A DNA stretch of 32,000 bases, taken from Anaerosolibacter sp. Lineage in GTDB: Bacteria > Bacillota > Clostridia > Peptostreptococcales > Thermotaleaceae. Position 1 is the stretch's first letter; every line of letters begins with the position of its first letter. Where the stretch lies: NCBI RefSeq assembly GCF_029240175.1, contig NZ_JARBTM010000032.1, forward strand, positions 29,931-61,930. The letters run 5' to 3'. Shown in pieces: positions 28,645-32,000 of this stretch. Both the position numbers and the translations under genes were made by a program. Below the pieces are notes generated by a model that saw nothing but the letters and a program-made list of their open reading frames with translations, ran no database searches and had not been told where the DNA came from.

Positions 28645-29441
28645 TGAAGAATGTTGCCTGTGCTGCTATCAATGAAGGTACAGATTCCCCGAAAAAAACA
28701 ATAGAAAAAGAATTATTTAAAAAATATGCTGAGACAAAAAATAAAGATATTAGAAATGAACTTGTAAATAGATATCTATATATTGCTGAAATCCTGTCAA
28801 AAAAATATGTAAACAAAGGAATAGAATATGAGGATATCTATCAAGTTGCTTCTCTAGGTCTTATTTATGCGATAGAAAGATTTGACTTAAGTAGGGGATT
28901 TGAATTTTCAAGCTTTGCTACACCTACAATCATAGGTGAGATTAAGAAACACTTTAGAGATAAGGGATGGTCTATTCGCGTACCCCGGAGAATCCAAGAG
29001 TTATCTAAGAAGGTAAATGCTGCTCGTATTGCTTTAAATCAGACGCTTCAAAGAAGTCCTAGAATTGAAGATATTGCGGAGTATCTAGGGTGTACAGAGG
29101 AACAAGTATTAGAAGCCATGGAGGCTAGTCAAGTTTATACGCCAAAATCATTAGATTTAAGCTATGACAGCAATGGAGATGATAAGGATTTACAACTGAT
29201 GGATCTTATAGGAGAAGATGATAAGCACTTTGATATCATTGAAAATAGAGATTTTATTCAAAAATGTATGGATAAGCTAAATGAGGTAGAAATTAAAATT
29301 ATTAAAGATAGATTCTTTTATAACAAGACACAAATACAAGTGGCAAATGAAATTGGTGTGTCCCAGATGACCATTTCAAGGATGGAAAAAAAGGCTATTG
29401 AGAAGTTTAGAAAAGAGTTAAATCGTGTGAGAGAAATATAA
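28644..29441 (+). CDS. sigB: RNA polymerase sigma factor SigB (SigB/F/G family)
   Basis: FATPTIIGEIKKHFRDKGWSIRVPRRIQEL and RSPRIEDIAEYLGCTEEQVLEAME match SigB better than SigF or SigG. The start overlaps the rsbW stop (TAATG). TAGGAGAGG RBS. Confidence 0.85.
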   Translation: MKNVACAAINEGTDSPKKTIEKELFKKYAETKNKDIRNELVNRYLYIAEILSKKYVNKGIEYEDIYQVASLGLIYAIERFDLSRGFEFSSFATPTIIGEIKKHFRDKGWSIRVPRRIQELSKKVNAARIALNQTLQRSPRIEDIAEYLGCTEEQVLEAMEASQVYTPKSLDLSYDSNGDDKDLQLMDLIGEDDKHFDIIENRDFIQKCMDKLNEVEIKIIKDRFFYNKTQIQVANEIGVSQMTISRMEKKAIEKFRKELNRVREI

Positions 29442-29494
29442 AAAGTCTTCTTTGAGAATTTGTAAAGGAAGGCTTTTAAGTCATATTTAAGTAG

Positions 29495-29534
29495 AAAAAA
29501 TAGCAGGCTGATTTCAATCAGCCTGCTATTTTTT
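29495..29534. terminator. bidirectional terminator between convergent sigB and trpS
   Basis: aaaaaa tagcaggctgat ttca atcagcctgcta tttttt, a perfect 12-bp stem with an A-run and a T-run on either side. Confidence 0.8.
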
Positions 29535-30519
29535 ATTTATAAAGAACAAAACCCATCTTTTCTTTTACTCTTCTTAATGTCTGGTTTGCCACTTGTTCTG
29601 CTTTTTCAGCCCCTTCTTTTAATACGTGTCTGATTTCATCGGAATTTCGAATTTCATTATAACGCTGCTGTATAGATAAAAGGGAGGATGAAACAACTTC
29701 TACCAAATCTTTTTTTAAGGCACCATAGCCTAGACCTTCGTATTTTTGTTCAAGTTCAGGGATGGACATACCAGAAAATTCACTGTATATGGTTAACAGA
29801 TTACTAACACCGGGTTTGTTTTCCCAATCAAAGCGTATCTGCCCCTCAGAATCGGTGGTTGCTTTCATGATGGCCTTTTTTAATTGATCTGGAGAATCCA
29901 TCAGGGTAATCCTACTTAGAGGATTTTCTGCACTCTTGCTCATCTTCTTATTTGGATCATCTAATGCCATGATTCTAGCACCTGACTCTTTGATTTGAGG
30001 TTCTGGAACCACAAAGGTTTCACCAAAGCGATTATTGAAACGAATAGCGATATCCCTTGATAGTTCTATATGTTGTTTCTGATCATTTCCTACAGGCACA
30101 ATATGGGTATCATATAGAAGAATATCTGCGGCCATCAAGGTTGGATAAGTATATAAGCCAACAGGTACGGATTCACTGCCTTTACTCTTATCTTTAAATT
30201 GAGTCATTCGATTAAGCTCTCCCATATAGGAATTGCATTGGAGCAGCCAGCCAAGCTCAGCGTGGGCTGGTACATGGGATTGAACAAAAATAGTAGATTT
30301 ATTAGGATCAATACCTATGGCCATATAAAGAGAAGCCACATCCAAGGTATGGGAATAAATATTTTTAGGATCCTGAGGTAAAGTAACAGAATGTAGATCT
30401 ACAACACAAAAGAAGCAATCCATTTCTTCTTGTAAATCAACAAATTGTTTCATAGCTCCTAAATAATTACCAATATGTATATTTCCAGTAGGTTGAACAC
30501 CGGAAAAAACTCTTTTCAT
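29533..30519 (-). CDS. trpS: tryptophan--tRNA ligase
   Basis: Class I HIGH motif (TGNIHIGNYLG) and KMSKS motif. 328 aa, typical TrpRS length. Confidence 0.95.
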   Translation of the reverse strand: MKRVFSGVQPTGNIHIGNYLGAMKQFVDLQEEMDCFFCVVDLHSVTLPQDPKNIYSHTLDVASLYMAIGIDPNKSTIFVQSHVPAHAELGWLLQCNSYMGELNRMTQFKDKSKGSESVPVGLYTYPTLMAADILLYDTHIVPVGNDQKQHIELSRDIAIRFNNRFGETFVVPEPQIKESGARIMALDDPNKKMSKSAENPLSRITLMDSPDQLKKAIMKATTDSEGQIRFDWENKPGVSNLLTIYSEFSGMSIPELEQKYEGLGYGALKKDLVEVVSSSLLSIQQRYNEIRNSDEIRHVLKEGAEKAEQVANQTLRRVKEKMGFVLYK

Positions 30520-30716
30520 GAATAAACACCCCCAAAAATAATAGCTTTACAATATAATATAACCAAATTCGATAAAAAACAAGGTATCCTTATACCTCAG
30601 AATATATATATATTGTATTCCATAAACAATAGAGCCACAAGGAAAAAAATATAGGGAAAAACTTATGCTACAACCTATGGAGGTCATTTTGATCATAAGA
30701 TGAATGGGGAATTATG

Positions 30717-30745
30717 TTGACAAAAATGTTACAAAAAATTAAAAT
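30717..30745 (+). promoter_or_regulatory. candidate sigma-A promoter for the binding-protein gene
   Basis: TTGACA (30717-30722), a 17-nt spacer, then TAAAAT (30740-30745), about 80 nt upstream of the ATG at 30828. Confidence 0.45.
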
Positions 30746-30827
30746 ATAGATAATATGTTGAATATTTAAAAAAAGGAGGAAGAGAAACAAAAACACAAAT
30801 GGGAGCTAAGGGGGAAGTATAAAGCCT

Positions 30828-32000
30828 ATGAAAAGAAAAATGGCTTTATTTTTATTGATATGTATTATTCTGCTATCCCTTGGAATTAGAGGTATTATAG
30901 GATCTACAAAAGAAAGATTAGGACAGGAATTAGAAAAAACACCGTCTGAGGTCATAAAGATTGGTGTATTTGAACCTCTTACGGGAGGTGCTGCTTCTGG
31001 AGGACAGATGACTTTAGAAGGCATCCAGTTGGCCCATGAACTATTTCCTGAAGTTTTAGGGAAGAACATAGAATTGGTCATCGAAGACAATAAGAGTGAT
31101 CGATCAGTGGCTGCAAAAGCTGTAACAAGGTTGGTTTATGAGGAGGATGTGAAAGCCCTCATTGGAAGCTATGGAAGTTCACTATCTATCGCAGCAGGAG
31201 AAATTATAAAAAAGGTGAAAATACCCACGGTGGGATGCTCACCTACAAACCCTCAAGTTACATATAAAAATCCTTATTATTTTCGTGTATGCTTTACAGA
31301 TCCATTTCAAGGAACGGTCATGGCTAACTATGCTGTCAGGGAGCTAGGAGCAAAGAGAGCGATTGTTGTACAGGATACAACCCAGGAGTACTCCCTAGGG
31401 TTAAGCCAGTATTTTATGGAATCATTTAAAGACCTTACCAATGATGAAAACAGTATTGTTTCTGTGATACCTTATGTTTCTGGTGAAAGAGATTTTCAAG
31501 AACAATTAGAGAGTATCCAAGCTATAGACGTCGATGTAATTTTTGTACCAGGTAACTATATGGAATCCGCCATATTCATTAAACAGGCAAGGAAGATGGG
31601 TGTAACAACACCTATCATTGGCGGAGATACTTGGGAAACCTATGATTTTATAGAAATAGGAGGACCAGACATAGAAGGAGCTACTTTTAGTACCCACTTT
31701 ACTGCTGAAACGCCCATTACGGAGATGTCAAAACAGTTTATTGATGCTTATCAAAAACAATATGGTAAGGCGCCCAATGCCTTTGGCGCCCTTGGGTTTG
31801 ATGCTTATATGGTGCTAATCAATGCCATAGAAAGAGCGGATTCGGTAAACCCTGAAAAAATTAAGAATGCTTTGGGTGAGACAGCGCACTTTAAAGGGGC
31901 AACAGGAAGTATTACCTTAGATTCAGATGGCAACACGAGAAAAAGTGCGGTTATTAAAAAAATTGAAAATGGCCGCTTTGAGTATGTAACATTTATCAAT
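30828..32000 (+). CDS. ABC transporter substrate-binding protein, LivJ/branched-chain amino acid type (3' end outside window)
   Basis: Not in the ORF track because it runs off the edge. It translates as MKRKMALFLLICIILLSLG...IKIGVFEPLTGGAASGGQ...ALIGSYGSSLSIAAGE...YYFRVCFTDPFQG...FVPGNY...GGDTWE... This shows a signal peptide plus the type-I periplasmic binding fold pattern. In frame to the last base. Confidence 0.8.
   Translation, partial: MKRKMALFLLICIILLSLGIRGIIGSTKERLGQELEKTPSEVIKIGVFEPLTGGAASGGQMTLEGIQLAHELFPEVLGKNIELVIEDNKSDRSVAAKAVTRLVYEEDVKALIGSYGSSLSIAAGEIIKKVKIPTVGCSPTNPQVTYKNPYYFRVCFTDPFQGTVMANYAVRELGAKRAIVVQDTTQEYSLGLSQYFMESFKDLTNDENSIVSVIPYVSGERDFQEQLESIQAIDVDVIFVPGNYMESAIFIKQARKMGVTTPIIGGDTWETYDFIEIGGPDIEGATFSTHFTAETPITEMSKQFIDAYQKQYGKAPNAFGALGFDAYMVLINAIERADSVNPEKIKNALGETAHFKGATGSITLDSDGNTRKSAVIKKIENGRFEYVTFIN

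Noticed and set aside
30520-30716. Expected T-box leader upstream of trpS
   Set aside because: There is no T-box sequence (reverse complement CGCGGTACCACCC-like) and no terminator/antiterminator pair in the roughly 200 bp upstream on the minus strand. trpS appears to lack T-box control here.
30806-31090. 94-aa minus-strand ORF, plus 31506..31697 and 31805..31999
   Set aside because: These are antisense to the clearly coding LivJ-type binding-protein gene, which runs in frame from 30828 to the window end.

Overview
This window is the chromosomal replication-origin (oriC) region of a low-GC, spore-forming Firmicute, probably class Clostridia. That placement rests on gene order and the rsbV-rsbW-sigB operon directly after gyrA, and is from memory only. 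Left of the origin, almost everything is on the minus strand: rpmH-rnpA-yidD-yidC-jag-mnmE-mnmG-rsmG-noc, soj-spo0J, then a less conserved block (PhzF-like, small ORF, cysteine desulfurase, DUF4446, lipid kinase, YkuS-like, yyaC, FAD oxidoreductase, XRE regulator). Right of it, on the plus strand: dnaA-dnaN-yaaA-recF-remB-gyrB-gyrA, rsbV-rsbW-sigB, then convergent trpS and a partial LivJ-type binding protein. oriC is bipartite, with DnaA-box clusters on both sides of dnaA and a DnaA-trio-like array plus an AT-rich unwinding element before dnaN. There are two perfect parS palindromes. I found no CRISPR, rRNA, tRNA, transposase or defence genes. The gene content is mostly ordinary core. The items worth a second look are a small ORF resembling a standalone DnaA domain I, GC-rich hairpin repeats (REP-like), a MITE-like inverted-repeat element between mnmE and mnmG, a three-helix GC-rich element after recF, and a dense hairpin array between gyrA and rsbV. 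All calls are made by eye from the sequence and from remembered families. Nothing was searched.
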